DNA from: a virus
Taxonomy: Duplodnaviria; Caudoviricetes
Virus record (IMG/VR): IMGVR_UViG_3300026512_000020
Coordinates: 1 to 46,044 of that record
Direction: 5' to 3' (one strand)
Length of the DNA: 46,044 nucleotides
Position 1 is the first letter of the stretch, and each line of letters starts with the position of its first letter. The position numbers and the translations under genes are program-made. The notes below the pieces were generated by a model that worked only from the letters and a program-made list of their open reading frames with translations, searched no databases and was not told where the DNA came from. Shown here in pieces: positions 1 to 9,669 of the stretch.

Positions 1-314
1 TGCCAGGGCAGTTTATACCATTTAAGAAGTTTGCTTCTGGTGGTATAGCTACACAACCTACACTTGGATTAGTTGCTGAAGGTAAATATCCAGAAGCAGT
101 TGTGCCATTGCCAGATGGTAGAAGTATCCCAGTTAAACTTATGGAGGATAAAACTAGTAAACAACAGCAAACTCAACAAGCAATAAATATTGTTAATGTA
201 ATAGACCCAAAAATGGTAGGAGAATTTTTAGCTACTTCAATGGGACAGAATATGATATTAAATGTAATATCAAATCAAGCAAATAAAATTAGAAAAATAT
301 TAGTAAGTGCATAA
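1..314 (+). CDS. Tail tape measure protein, C-terminal fragment (5' truncated by window)
   Basis: Frame is open from base 3: PGQFIPFKKFASGGIATQPTLGLVAEGKYPEAVVPLPDGRSIPV, the FAxGG..PT...E...EAVVPL motif typical of tape-measure C-termini. The track start at 102 is internal. Tail genes follow. Confidence 0.85.
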   Translation, partial: PGQFIPFKKFASGGIATQPTLGLVAEGKYPEAVVPLPDGRSIPVKLMEDKTSKQQQTQQAINIVNVIDPKMVGEFLATSMGQNMILNVISNQANKIRKILVSA

Positions 315-327
315 GGGGTAAGTAAAA

Positions 328-1416
328 ATGGCTTATTTAGATAAAACACTTTGTAATAATTGTTATGAAACTATAACACAAGTTATTAGATTTCTTTGTG
401 ATGATAGTGCAACTGCTGGTAGAGATTGGCAAGTAAAAAGTTATGTTATTAATGAAGATGACCCAAACAATTTACAGTATAGAACTTTTAGTGGAAGTTT
501 AACAGTATCTGCACTTGATACTCCAATTTATTTACCTACTGTTAATACAGAAGAAACTGTTTTTACAAAAGGTGGAACTACTTTAACACAAGGAACTGAT
601 TATACTCTTGATAATATTCTTGGTAAAGTAACATTTTTATCTGGTGGAGCTGTTTCTGCTAGTGATGTAATAGAGTATGAGTATAAATTTAAAAGAGCAG
701 AGTATATTTTATATAATAGTGATGGTTCAAGTTATGTTTATGTTATATTAAAATTGCAAATATATAATACTGAAAGTGAAGCTTTTATTAGAGGTGGTGG
801 TTGTTACACTTATGATACTAATACAAGTAGTTGGGCAAGTAAATTTACTTCTCAATATGCTGTTTGTATTTGGAATAATCCAAATTATTTATGGATTTTT
901 TCAAATCAAAGAAGATTTATTATTGTTGTATTAAATGAAGGATATTATAGTGTTTTATATGCTGGACTTGCATTAAGATTATGTTTACCAACTGAATATG
1001 AAGTTCCACTTGTTGTTCATGGTTCACATAAATGTGATTATGATTTTAGTCCAGTAGAGTGGCACGATAATCAAGATAATGCACATTGGTTTGTTCACGG
1101 TAGATATAGTTATATGACAGCTGAAGATAAAACTTGGCATAATAGAGACAGTTGGGGATATGTTCAACCTAGAGTTTTTGCAAATAATGTATTGCAGTTT
1201 AATTTTCCTAGTGATTTTCCCTTATTTTTTTATCCTATTATAGTAGCACCAAGTAGTGATTATTTTGTTGGATTGTATGAAGGTGTATATTATATAAATA
1301 GTGTTGATTTGACAAGTGAAAGTATAATAACTGATGATAGTGGAAAAGAATATATAGTGTTTCCAGATGTAAATAGAAATGATTATGCACATTGGCATTG
1401 TATTTTAAAAGAATAA
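328..1416 (+). CDS. Virion structural (tail) protein
   Basis: 362 aa, GGGG RBS, directly after the tape measure; contains a GTDYTLD..GKVTF small beta module seen in tail proteins. Confidence 0.65.
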   Translation: MAYLDKTLCNNCYETITQVIRFLCDDSATAGRDWQVKSYVINEDDPNNLQYRTFSGSLTVSALDTPIYLPTVNTEETVFTKGGTTLTQGTDYTLDNILGKVTFLSGGAVSASDVIEYEYKFKRAEYILYNSDGSSYVYVILKLQIYNTESEAFIRGGGCYTYDTNTSSWASKFTSQYAVCIWNNPNYLWIFSNQRRFIIVVLNEGYYSVLYAGLALRLCLPTEYEVPLVVHGSHKCDYDFSPVEWHDNQDNAHWFVHGRYSYMTAEDKTWHNRDSWGYVQPRVFANNVLQFNFPSDFPLFFYPIIVAPSSDYFVGLYEGVYYINSVDLTSESIITDDSGKEYIVFPDVNRNDYAHWHCILKE

Positions 1417-1430
1417 TATAAAAGGAGTGT

Positions 1431-2399
1431 ATGATGGCTGAAGTATTTGATTATTATCATTTGGGATTAACTAATGCTGCTGCTATACTTTCAGCATTAA
1501 GAGATAAATTGATAGATTATGGTTGGACTATTGATTATGATGGAATAGATAGTGGAGATAGACTTACTTTTCATGTTACTAATACAAACTGTTATTTTTC
1601 ATTACATTTAAATGATTTAATTAATGATGGTTATAGGTATTTTCCTTTTACTTTATATGGATTTCTTGATAATGAAATTACAAAGTGGATACCTATTTCT
1701 TCTATTTCATTTAAAAACTGTGATTTATTTACAAGAGATTTAAATTTTTCTTCATATTTGCAAGAAACAAATCCTGTAGGAGATTTCTTTATTATTGATT
1801 CCTTTTTATTAATAAACAATAAAATTTGTTTTATTATACTTTATGGGTATAGTAGTAAGTGTGGGATTACAAAACCATTCTCTGAAATTTTTGGATTTGG
1901 TCAGTTAAATATTTATAATGAATCTTTATATGGAAATCTATTTTTTGTTTCTCCCTTTATAAGGAGACTAGGTTCTGGGGGTGTTTATTTTTATGTGAAT
2001 AAATCAATTACTTTATTTTTTTATTATAAAGATAAAGTTAATAACTTTCATTATGATAACTTTTGTATTTATTGTGCAAAAAGTTGGTCTTACCCTTGTG
2101 ATAGTGGTGTTCGTGCTGAAGAAGTTAATGAATTTCCACAACTAACATACCAACCTGTTCAATTTAATAGAATATATTTAAGAACACTACCATTAATTTC
2201 TAGTTACAGTAATATTGATGGTGTAAATTACAGACATGTTGTTGGTGAAACTCCATTTTATTTTTGTTATTACCCAGGAAGAAAATATTTTAATAGAACA
2301 ATAGAATATGGTAGCAGAAAGTTTAAAATTTATTCTAATGGTTGGAGAGCTTATGAAGCACATAATTTTGGAATAGCTTTTGAAGTAGGAAATTTATGA
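1431..2399 (+). CDS. Putative virion structural (tail) protein
   Basis: 322 aa, AAGGAG RBS, within the tail module; N-terminal L...L...GW pattern loosely resembles the preceding gene. Confidence 0.55.
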   Translation: MMAEVFDYYHLGLTNAAAILSALRDKLIDYGWTIDYDGIDSGDRLTFHVTNTNCYFSLHLNDLINDGYRYFPFTLYGFLDNEITKWIPISSISFKNCDLFTRDLNFSSYLQETNPVGDFFIIDSFLLINNKICFIILYGYSSKCGITKPFSEIFGFGQLNIYNESLYGNLFFVSPFIRRLGSGGVYFYVNKSITLFFYYKDKVNNFHYDNFCIYCAKSWSYPCDSGVRAEEVNEFPQLTYQPVQFNRIYLRTLPLISSYSNIDGVNYRHVVGETPFYFCYYPGRKYFNRTIEYGSRKFKIYSNGWRAYEAHNFGIAFEVGNL

Positions 2400-2400
2400 T

Positions 2401-3441
2401 ATGTTTACTTATAGTTATTTATTTACAAAAGCTATACATAAAAGTTGTTTTTACCATACTGAAAATAAGTTTGTTGCTAATAATGTAAGTAGTGGCTTTT
2501 TACTTTTACAAACAAATCCTAAAAATTTTTTTGGTGTAAAAATATTAATACATTCTCTAGGATATTATCTTTATTATGACCAAGTTTGGATAACTTCAGA
2601 TAAAATTGATTGTGGTTTAATTACAATAGATTTAAATTATTCCATATTTATGTGGAATTCTTATTATGACAAAAGTGTTACTATAACAAATATTTCTACT
2701 GGGTCTCTTGATAACGTTTTTGTTGAAAATATAACTGGATATGTTTTTAAACCATTAAACTGGAGATATATAGCAATAGAAGTTAAATCTGAAGGAAGTG
2801 CTATATTAAATGGTTATGTTGACTTTTTTACTGATGATGATATTTATAATCCAGTTTCAGTTAAAATAACTGGAATAAGACTTTTATTATTACCTTTATA
2901 TGAGTTTATCTCTGGTGAGTTAAGAATTAATTATAAATATCCAGTAGTTATAGTAACAAATTATGAAAATAGAGAGCAAAGAAGACTTGCAGTAGATAAA
3001 GTTAAAAAGAGTATAAGTGGTAGATTTTTTGTTGATAATTTTAATAAAACACAACTTATGACATTTTTAGAAAAATGTGGTGGTAATGTAGTTGGATTAG
3101 GATTTTTACCAGAGCCACTAACTTCTTCAAATGATATTTTGTTTGGACAAACTGAAATATATTTTAATGAAGATTTTAGTGAATATGATGAGTTATTTAA
3201 TGTGGATTACTTGCTTATTTATGACCCAAGAAATAAATACATTACTGCTATTGAAATTGAAAGTATTGACACAGCAAATAAAAAAATAACATTAGTTCAA
3301 CCAATACAGTTACAATTTGACCCAAAAACAACTTTATTTTTCCCCTTAATTGCTTGTAAAGTATTAAAATTTAGTCCTAAAACTTATAGAGAAGGAAACT
3401 GTTTTATAGAACTTGAATTTGAAGAAGCTTGGTTAAAGTAA
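2401..3441 (+). CDS. Putative distal tail/tail-tip protein
   Basis: 346 aa, tightly coupled; ENREQRR motif resembles DUF2460-like distal tail proteins; lies upstream of the BR0599 gene. Confidence 0.55.
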   Translation: MFTYSYLFTKAIHKSCFYHTENKFVANNVSSGFLLLQTNPKNFFGVKILIHSLGYYLYYDQVWITSDKIDCGLITIDLNYSIFMWNSYYDKSVTITNISTGSLDNVFVENITGYVFKPLNWRYIAIEVKSEGSAILNGYVDFFTDDDIYNPVSVKITGIRLLLLPLYEFISGELRINYKYPVVIVTNYENREQRRLAVDKVKKSISGRFFVDNFNKTQLMTFLEKCGGNVVGLGFLPEPLTSSNDILFGQTEIYFNEDFSEYDELFNVDYLLIYDPRNKYITAIEIESIDTANKKITLVQPIQLQFDPKTTLFFPLIACKVLKFSPKTYREGNCFIELEFEEAWLK

Positions 3442-3442
3442 A

Positions 3443-4105
3443 ATGAACATAAATTATAGTGATTTAGGAACTGTAACAGATATATTTGATTTTATTCCAG
3501 ATTTTGATAGTTTTAATGTAGAGCTTATTCCACAAGGTATTTTTGTAGCATTTAATTATTCAGCAGAAATTGGATATCAGTTTAAATCTATAAGACAATA
3601 TAAGTTAAGTGGAAATTTTACTTTAATAAGTAGAAGTGAATATAAAAAATTTTTAGATTTTTGGAAAGATAAAAAAGGAGCATTTAAAAGATTTTGGATA
3701 CCTACTTGGGTTAATAAATTTAAAGTTGTTGAACCTATTGGTGCTTCAGATATTGTAATTAAAATTGAAAATGTAGAATTTAATAAAATATATAATGGAC
3801 ATAATAGAATTTTTATATTTGTAAGTAAAGGAGATTTATCTGAAAGTGATTTATATATTAGAAAAGTTACAAATGTAGAAGTTGATGAAAATAATATGAA
3901 TGTTGAAAAGTTATATATAGACCAGTATATAGGAACTGATTTATTATCAGAACAAATAACATTATGTGGAGAATTTATTTTGGCTAGGTTTACTCAAGAA
4001 GGAGTATCTTTTCAATACTATTTTACAAAAGAAAAAGATTTCTATGCTGTAGCTCAATGTTCATTTATAGAATTACCTTATGAATATAGTGAAATTGATA
4101 CATAG
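3443..4105 (+). CDS. Putative distal tail protein (DUF2460-like)
   Basis: 220 aa with FLDFWKDKKGAFKRFWIPTW, matching the F...KG....FW.P motif of distal tail proteins. Confidence 0.6.
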   Translation: MNINYSDLGTVTDIFDFIPDFDSFNVELIPQGIFVAFNYSAEIGYQFKSIRQYKLSGNFTLISRSEYKKFLDFWKDKKGAFKRFWIPTWVNKFKVVEPIGASDIVIKIENVEFNKIYNGHNRIFIFVSKGDLSESDLYIRKVTNVEVDENNMNVEKLYIDQYIGTDLLSEQITLCGEFILARFTQEGVSFQYYFTKEKDFYAVAQCSFIELPYEYSEIDT

Positions 4106-4117
4106 GAGAACTAAAAA

Positions 4118-4912
4118 ATGAGTTATAAAGATAGTATAAGTCAAACTGAAGTCTTACCCTTTGCTGAATTATATGATATAGAATTTCCAACTTTTATTTT
4201 ACATTTAACAAACTATCCAACAAATGTAATATTTAATAATACTGAATATCTATCTTGTATTATGGAAAGAAGTGATATACAAAATGAGAAAAATGAAGAA
4301 AATTATGTTATAATATCATTTGCTACTAAAGAAAATGTAACTTTTTATTTTCTTGATTACAATGTATCAAAAGTTTCTATTAAAATTACAAGATATTTTA
4401 TGGAAGATAATGTATATAAAGTTATTTTTGTTGGACTGGGAGAAATAGTTGGTGTTAACAATAGAGTATTAACACTTAAAGCAGTTGATGTATTAAGTTT
4501 AGCAAATAGTATAGTTCCACCACTTGTTTATAGCTCATTCTGTAATAATACTTTGTTTGATAGTAGGTGTGGATTAAATAAAAATGATTATTTAGTTGAG
4601 ACAGTAGTAGCAACTGCTGATAATGGAAGTTCTCTTGCTAGTTCTATATTTGGAAGTTATCCAGAGAATTATTTTACAAATGGTTATGTAGAGTATAATG
4701 GTGAATATAGAATGATAACATATCATAGTCCAGCAGATAATAAAATATATTTACACGCACCATTTGATGATGATGTTAATAACAAGAAAGTTAGAGTTTA
4801 TCCGGGGTGTGATAAAACAGCACAAACTTGTAAAAATAAATTTAACAACTTGGAAAATTTTTTAGGATTTCCTTATATACCTAATAAAAATCCAACTATC
4901 TGGGGATTTTAA
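4118..4912 (+). CDS. Phage BR0599/DUF2163 family tail hub protein
   Basis: CNNTLFDSRCG and C-terminal PGCDKTAQTCKNKFNNLENFLGFPYIP signature. Confidence 0.9.
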   Translation: MSYKDSISQTEVLPFAELYDIEFPTFILHLTNYPTNVIFNNTEYLSCIMERSDIQNEKNEENYVIISFATKENVTFYFLDYNVSKVSIKITRYFMEDNVYKVIFVGLGEIVGVNNRVLTLKAVDVLSLANSIVPPLVYSSFCNNTLFDSRCGLNKNDYLVETVVATADNGSSLASSIFGSYPENYFTNGYVEYNGEYRMITYHSPADNKIYLHAPFDDDVNNKKVRVYPGCDKTAQTCKNKFNNLENFLGFPYIPNKNPTIWGF

Positions 4913-5421
4913 TGAAAGAAAAAATAGTTTTTAATAATATTGCAAAATGGAAAGAATTTGAAAATGAACTTTTATCTTGGGTTGGAACTCCCTATAAGCA
5001 TTTGTGGAAGCACAAGGGAAGGGGTGTTGATTGTAATATGTTTATAGGTTCTGTTTTAGTTACTTGTGGATATCTAAAAGATTTAAATTATGACTATTAT
5101 CCAAAAGATTGGTGGCTACATACAGATAAACAACTTATTTTAGACTATATAGAAAAACATAGGAATTTGTTAAAAGAAGGATATGATTTTAAAGTAATTT
5201 GGTTGAAAAATAAAGAAGATTTTACTTTATTAAGGGGTGATTATTTGGGATTTTCTATCAATAATAAAAGAAAAATAGTTAATCATTCTGGTATATATTT
5301 AGGTGATATGAAATTTATCCATTCTCACTATAAAAAAGGAGTATGTATAGAAAATTTAAATGGATATTGGTATAGACATCTACAAATAGTAGTAAGGTTA
5401 ATAGAAAAAATGGAGATTTAA
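4912..5421 (+). CDS. Tail-associated NlpC/P60 peptidase
   Basis: WVGTPYKH, GVDC (catalytic Cys), NHSGIYLG (His), FIHS; canonical position between hub and tip genes. Confidence 0.9.
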   Translation: MKEKIVFNNIAKWKEFENELLSWVGTPYKHLWKHKGRGVDCNMFIGSVLVTCGYLKDLNYDYYPKDWWLHTDKQLILDYIEKHRNLLKEGYDFKVIWLKNKEDFTLLRGDYLGFSINNKRKIVNHSGIYLGDMKFIHSHYKKGVCIENLNGYWYRHLQIVVRLIEKMEI

Positions 5422-5422
5422 A

Positions 5423-7762
5423 ATGGGTGGAGCTGTAATACTTGGAGCTTTAATTACTGGAGCTACTACTTGGTGGGTTACTGGTTCTTTAATTGCTGGT
5501 GTTGTTATGGCTGGATTAACACTACTTACTGGACTTTTTTCTCCCAAACCCCAAACAATAGATATGAAACCAGCTTCTCTTTCTGATTTTAGTGTAACTC
5601 AAGCTAATGAAGGACAGTCTATTCCAGTAGTTTATGGAAGAGTAAAAATACCAGGAAACATTATTTATTATGGTAATTTGATAACTGAAGCTGTAACAGA
5701 AGAAGTTGAAACTGGTGGAAAAGGTGGTGGTGGAAGCACTACAGTTACTAGAGGATATAATTATTATCTTGATATATGGCAAGCTATATGTATGGGAAAA
5801 GTTACTCTTGAAAAGGCTTTTGTTGATAATGATGAAAGTAAGGCTGTTTCTGCAAGTAATACTATTTGGAATGATGGAACAATGGATACTTACCCTAATC
5901 TTCAATATGCCAGCAAGCTTCCTGGTGTAGCTCACATTTTTTGGAAAAAGTTTTTTGTTGGATTTAATAGGACTTTTGTTCCTACAGTATATTTTTGGGT
6001 AAAAAGGGAGTTAAATACTGGATTGGGATATGATGATGTTTATGATGATAGTGAAAATTATGTTGGAAATAATCCAGCTTGTGTTATATGGGATTTATTA
6101 ACAAATTTTGCTAAAGTTGAGGGGCAGTATCTTGATACAAATTCATTTGTTAGTGCAGCAGAATATTTTTATAATGAAGGTATAGGAATAAATTATGTAA
6201 TTAGTTCTTCAAGAAAAGTTAAAGATGTGGTTAAGGAGATTTGTGATTTAGTTTCGGCACAGTTGGAGTATAATAATGAAGGTAAAATTAGTTTAAGAAT
6301 ATTGAAAAATGATGATACAGCAGTTGGAGTAATAGAAGACGATTTCATTGAGTTTAATTTTAGTAAACCAACTTGGAATAGTGTTCCAAATGAATTTAGA
6401 GCTAATTATGTTGAAAATGGAACAGTAAGAACAATTATCCTTGAAAATCCAGCAGCAAAGTTAATTTCTGGAAAAAATATTCAAGTTAACTATGACTTAA
6501 CTGCTATTTCAAGTAGAAGCCTTGCTTTAAAACTGTTAACAAGCTTAATGAAAAAAGAAAGTTTCCCTAAAAGTTCTCTTGATATTGTAGTTCCTATTAA
6601 ATATGCAAAATATACTATTGGTGATATTATTACTATAAAAAATAGTGATGTTGGGTTGGAAGGAGATTTCAGAATTGTTAGTATAAGTGAGCCAAAATTT
6701 GATAGTAATGAAGTTCATATAAAACTAATTCAACATACAGAAAAGTTATTTGATAACTATTATACTGATACTGGTGGAACTCAATGGGTAGAACCTTCCT
6801 ATGATTTACCACCTTTTCAAAAAATAAAAGTAATAGAACTTGATTATAATGAAACTACTAAGACTACTCCAACATTTTTGCTTTTAGTTGCAAGAGAAAA
6901 AGGTTATGAAACTGGATTTGCTGTATATTTAAGTTTTACTGGAACTGATTATAAATATATGGGAACTTTTACTACTTTTGCTACAAATGGAACTCTTGTT
7001 AATGATTATCCAGATACTACTTATGAAATTGATGATACAGTTGGTATCATTTATACCCCATACACATCTTTTGATAATGATTGGGATACTATTTCAAGAA
7101 CAGATTTGTTTACTACAAATAGAGTAATAGTTATTGATAATGAAATAATGACTTTTCAAAATTTTGAGCCTTATGAAACTACAAATTATAAAATTACTGG
7201 TATAATTAGAAATGTAAATTGGAGTGGTAAAGCATATCATAATGCTGGAACTGATATTTACATTACCAAAATATCAGATAACATATTAACTGGAGTAAAT
7301 TTATCTTCTCCATTTTATTTAAAAATAGTTCCAGTATTAAATAATAAAATTGGAAGTATAGAAGATGCTACTCCAATTTATGTTGAGCCTACTATGAAAG
7401 CTAAGAGACCAATAACTCCAGAAAAAGTTATAGCTACAAGAGATAATTCAAATCCAGCAAATGTTAATGTTGATGTTTTTGTAGTAAGTAAAACTAATGG
7501 AATTGGAGCTGGAAAAAATAATCCAGATACTACTACAGACCAGTATCCATTTGAATATGAAGGTATTATAGTAGCACAAATAAATGATGAGCCAGAAATG
7601 TATTTTGATAGTCCTAATTTTACTATTGAAAATAGGCCAGAAGCATTTACTTTAAAAATAAAAACAAGGTGGAATGGTTTTGATAGTAATGTTATAACTG
7701 TAAATGTGCCTAATTCTGGTAATAATTCTGGTAATACAATACCTTATTGGTATGAACCTTAA
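5423..7762 (+). CDS. Tail tip / central host-specificity protein
   Basis: 779 aa; hydrophobic Gly/Ala N-terminus, IPVVYGRVKIPGNIIY, GGKGGGG, NPACVIWDLLT motifs of phage tail-tip proteins. Confidence 0.85.
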   Translation: MGGAVILGALITGATTWWVTGSLIAGVVMAGLTLLTGLFSPKPQTIDMKPASLSDFSVTQANEGQSIPVVYGRVKIPGNIIYYGNLITEAVTEEVETGGKGGGGSTTVTRGYNYYLDIWQAICMGKVTLEKAFVDNDESKAVSASNTIWNDGTMDTYPNLQYASKLPGVAHIFWKKFFVGFNRTFVPTVYFWVKRELNTGLGYDDVYDDSENYVGNNPACVIWDLLTNFAKVEGQYLDTNSFVSAAEYFYNEGIGINYVISSSRKVKDVVKEICDLVSAQLEYNNEGKISLRILKNDDTAVGVIEDDFIEFNFSKPTWNSVPNEFRANYVENGTVRTIILENPAAKLISGKNIQVNYDLTAISSRSLALKLLTSLMKKESFPKSSLDIVVPIKYAKYTIGDIITIKNSDVGLEGDFRIVSISEPKFDSNEVHIKLIQHTEKLFDNYYTDTGGTQWVEPSYDLPPFQKIKVIELDYNETTKTTPTFLLLVAREKGYETGFAVYLSFTGTDYKYMGTFTTFATNGTLVNDYPDTTYEIDDTVGIIYTPYTSFDNDWDTISRTDLFTTNRVIVIDNEIMTFQNFEPYETTNYKITGIIRNVNWSGKAYHNAGTDIYITKISDNILTGVNLSSPFYLKIVPVLNNKIGSIEDATPIYVEPTMKAKRPITPEKVIATRDNSNPANVNVDVFVVSKTNGIGAGKNNPDTTTDQYPFEYEGIIVAQINDEPEMYFDSPNFTIENRPEAFTLKIKTRWNGFDSNVITVNVPNSGNNSGNTIPYWYEP
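7712..7735 (+). repeat. 12-bp tandem duplication AATTCTGGTAAT x2
   Basis: Copies at 7712-7723 and 7724-7735 encode NSGNNSGN just before the tip protein C-terminus. Confidence 0.9.
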
Positions 7763-7806
7763 GCTAAGAATTTAAAAAAGTTGAAAATTTAATAAAGGTA
7801 ATAAAA

Positions 7807-9525
7807 ATGGCAAAAATCTGGATAAAAGTAGATTTAGTTGCTGGAGATAATCAAATTTATGTTTATTATGGAAATGAAAATGCTCCAGATTACAGCAATG
7901 GTGATGAAGTATTTGAATTTTTTGATGATTTTGATGGAAATGAACTAGATACAAATAAATGGATGAATACTGGAATTACAACTGTTACAGTTGATAATGG
8001 AGTTTTGAAGATAGCTGGAAAATCCCCTAATGAAGGGGGAAAACCAGCTGTAATTAGTAATGTTACTTTTAGTAATTATGTTGTAGAAACACTTGTAGCA
8101 CATGATACTGATGATAGTTTAGGAGCTATTAATTTTTGGTTAATTGATAGTTACCATTATGTTACAATTCAACATGAAACACGAGGTGGTGGGTGTGATG
8201 AAGATATAAGAGAGCGAGTATCTGAATCATATTATGTAATAGCAGACTATAGAATGGAATGGAATGTTAATGAATGGATTAAGTATATTATAAAAGTATA
8301 TGACAACAAATTTACAATTATAAGAGGAATACAAAACATTCCAGAAATTACAGAACCAAATGGACTACAAACTATAGATAGAAAAATAGGATTTTCTGGA
8401 GATGCTTTAAGTGGAAATTTTTTAGTAGATTATGTTTTTGTTCGTAAATATACAGAACAAGAACCTACTGTAACTTATGGTGCAGAAGAAACTGGAAGTT
8501 GGGAAAAAGGTGGATTTATTTATACAAAAAGAAAAAAAGTAACTATTAACTCTACTCAAAATTTGACTGATTATCAAGTGGCTCTTGATTATTCTCAATT
8601 TAATACTAGCAGACTTTACATTGAATATGCCAATTGGTTGTCTGGCTTTAATTATAGAAGATTAATAACAATTGATAATTCTGCTAATAGTGAAAATTTA
8701 ACTGATTATCAAATTTTAGTAACACTTGATAATACTAATTTTGATTTTACTAAAGCAAATAGTGATGGTAGTGATATAAGATTTACAGATAGTGATGGAG
8801 TAACAATACTAAATCATTGGATTGAAGAATGGGATAATATAAATCAAATAGCTAAAATATGGGTAAAAGTTCCCTCAATTTTATCTGGTTCTACTACAAA
8901 TATTTATATGTATTATGGTAACAATGCTGCTATAGATGCAAGTAATGGTGATGAAGTATTTGAATTTTTTGATGATTTTGATGGAAATGAACTAGATACA
9001 AATAAATGGGCAATTAAAGGTTCACCCGATTATTCTGTATCTGATAGCAAATTAAGAATTGGTTCTGCAGAATCTTGGAATATTATATATTCTAAATATA
9101 ATTTGCCACCAAATTATATTATTGAAACAGAATATGATAATTCTGAGGGAGACCATGATACAAGAATAGGTATAAATCTAGATACTAGTAATACTGATTA
9201 TGTGCAGTGTCTTCTACCTTGGGAAGGTGGCAAAATTCATATTGATAAAATTTTAGGTGGACATTTTGCTGGTAATTACAGAATAATAAGTAGTTATCCT
9301 TATGGAACTAATCAGAAAGTTTGTATAAAAGTTACAGACAACATTATTAAACTCATTACTATTAATGATAGTATTATACTATCAGATTTTACAGTAGATA
9401 GATTTGGAAATTCTTTTGCATTAACAAAAGATAGTGAAGATAATGTTTATTTTAAGTATATTTTTGTCCGTAAATATACAGAACAAGAACCTACTGTAAC
9501 AGTTGGTAAAGAAGAAAGTTTATAA
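7807..9525 (+). CDS. DUF2341-domain adhesin-like virion protein with two lectin-like modules
   Basis: NYRRLITIDN..LTDYQILV..DGSDIRFTD..KIWVKVP..YMYYGN (DUF2341); two FEFFDDFDG...VRKYTEQEP-bounded beta-rich modules. Confidence 0.8.
   Translation: MAKIWIKVDLVAGDNQIYVYYGNENAPDYSNGDEVFEFFDDFDGNELDTNKWMNTGITTVTVDNGVLKIAGKSPNEGGKPAVISNVTFSNYVVETLVAHDTDDSLGAINFWLIDSYHYVTIQHETRGGGCDEDIRERVSESYYVIADYRMEWNVNEWIKYIIKVYDNKFTIIRGIQNIPEITEPNGLQTIDRKIGFSGDALSGNFLVDYVFVRKYTEQEPTVTYGAEETGSWEKGGFIYTKRKKVTINSTQNLTDYQVALDYSQFNTSRLYIEYANWLSGFNYRRLITIDNSANSENLTDYQILVTLDNTNFDFTKANSDGSDIRFTDSDGVTILNHWIEEWDNINQIAKIWVKVPSILSGSTTNIYMYYGNNAAIDASNGDEVFEFFDDFDGNELDTNKWAIKGSPDYSVSDSKLRIGSAESWNIIYSKYNLPPNYIIETEYDNSEGDHDTRIGINLDTSNTDYVQCLLPWEGGKIHIDKILGGHFAGNYRIISSYPYGTNQKVCIKVTDNIIKLITINDSIILSDFTVDRFGNSFALTKDSEDNVYFKYIFVRKYTEQEPTVTVGKEESL
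7897..9009 (+). repeat. 66-bp perfect direct repeat (7897-7962 and 8944-9009)
   Basis: aatggtgatgaagtatttgaattttttgatgattttgatggaaatgaactagatacaaataaatgg occurs twice. Confidence 0.95.
8443..9500 (+). repeat. 32-bp perfect direct repeat (8443-8474 and 9469-9500)
   Basis: cgtaaatatacagaacaagaacctactgtaac occurs twice; it extends to 40 bp with one mismatch. Confidence 0.95.
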
Positions 9526-9669
9526 TTTTATTAACTATAAATATTACAAGATAGTAATAACTAAAGAAACATATACAAGTATTTTAAACTTTTGCAAAGC
9601 TTGAAAATGGTAATACAAAAATTTATATAAAAGATATATTAAACTTAGATAAAAGGGAGGAATGGTGAT

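Noticed and set aside
7760-7809. Stop-codon read-through fusing the tail tip and DUF2341 genes
   Set aside because: The two ORFs are in different frames and further stops lie in the gap.
7897-9500. Diversity-generating retroelement (TR/VR pair)
   Set aside because: The repeats are identical rather than differing at adenines, both copies are in-frame coding, and no reverse transcriptase is in the window.
9526-9669. Short reading frame with NYKYYKIVIT resembling a discoidin-like strand
   Set aside because: No start or RBS and too short; at most a remnant.
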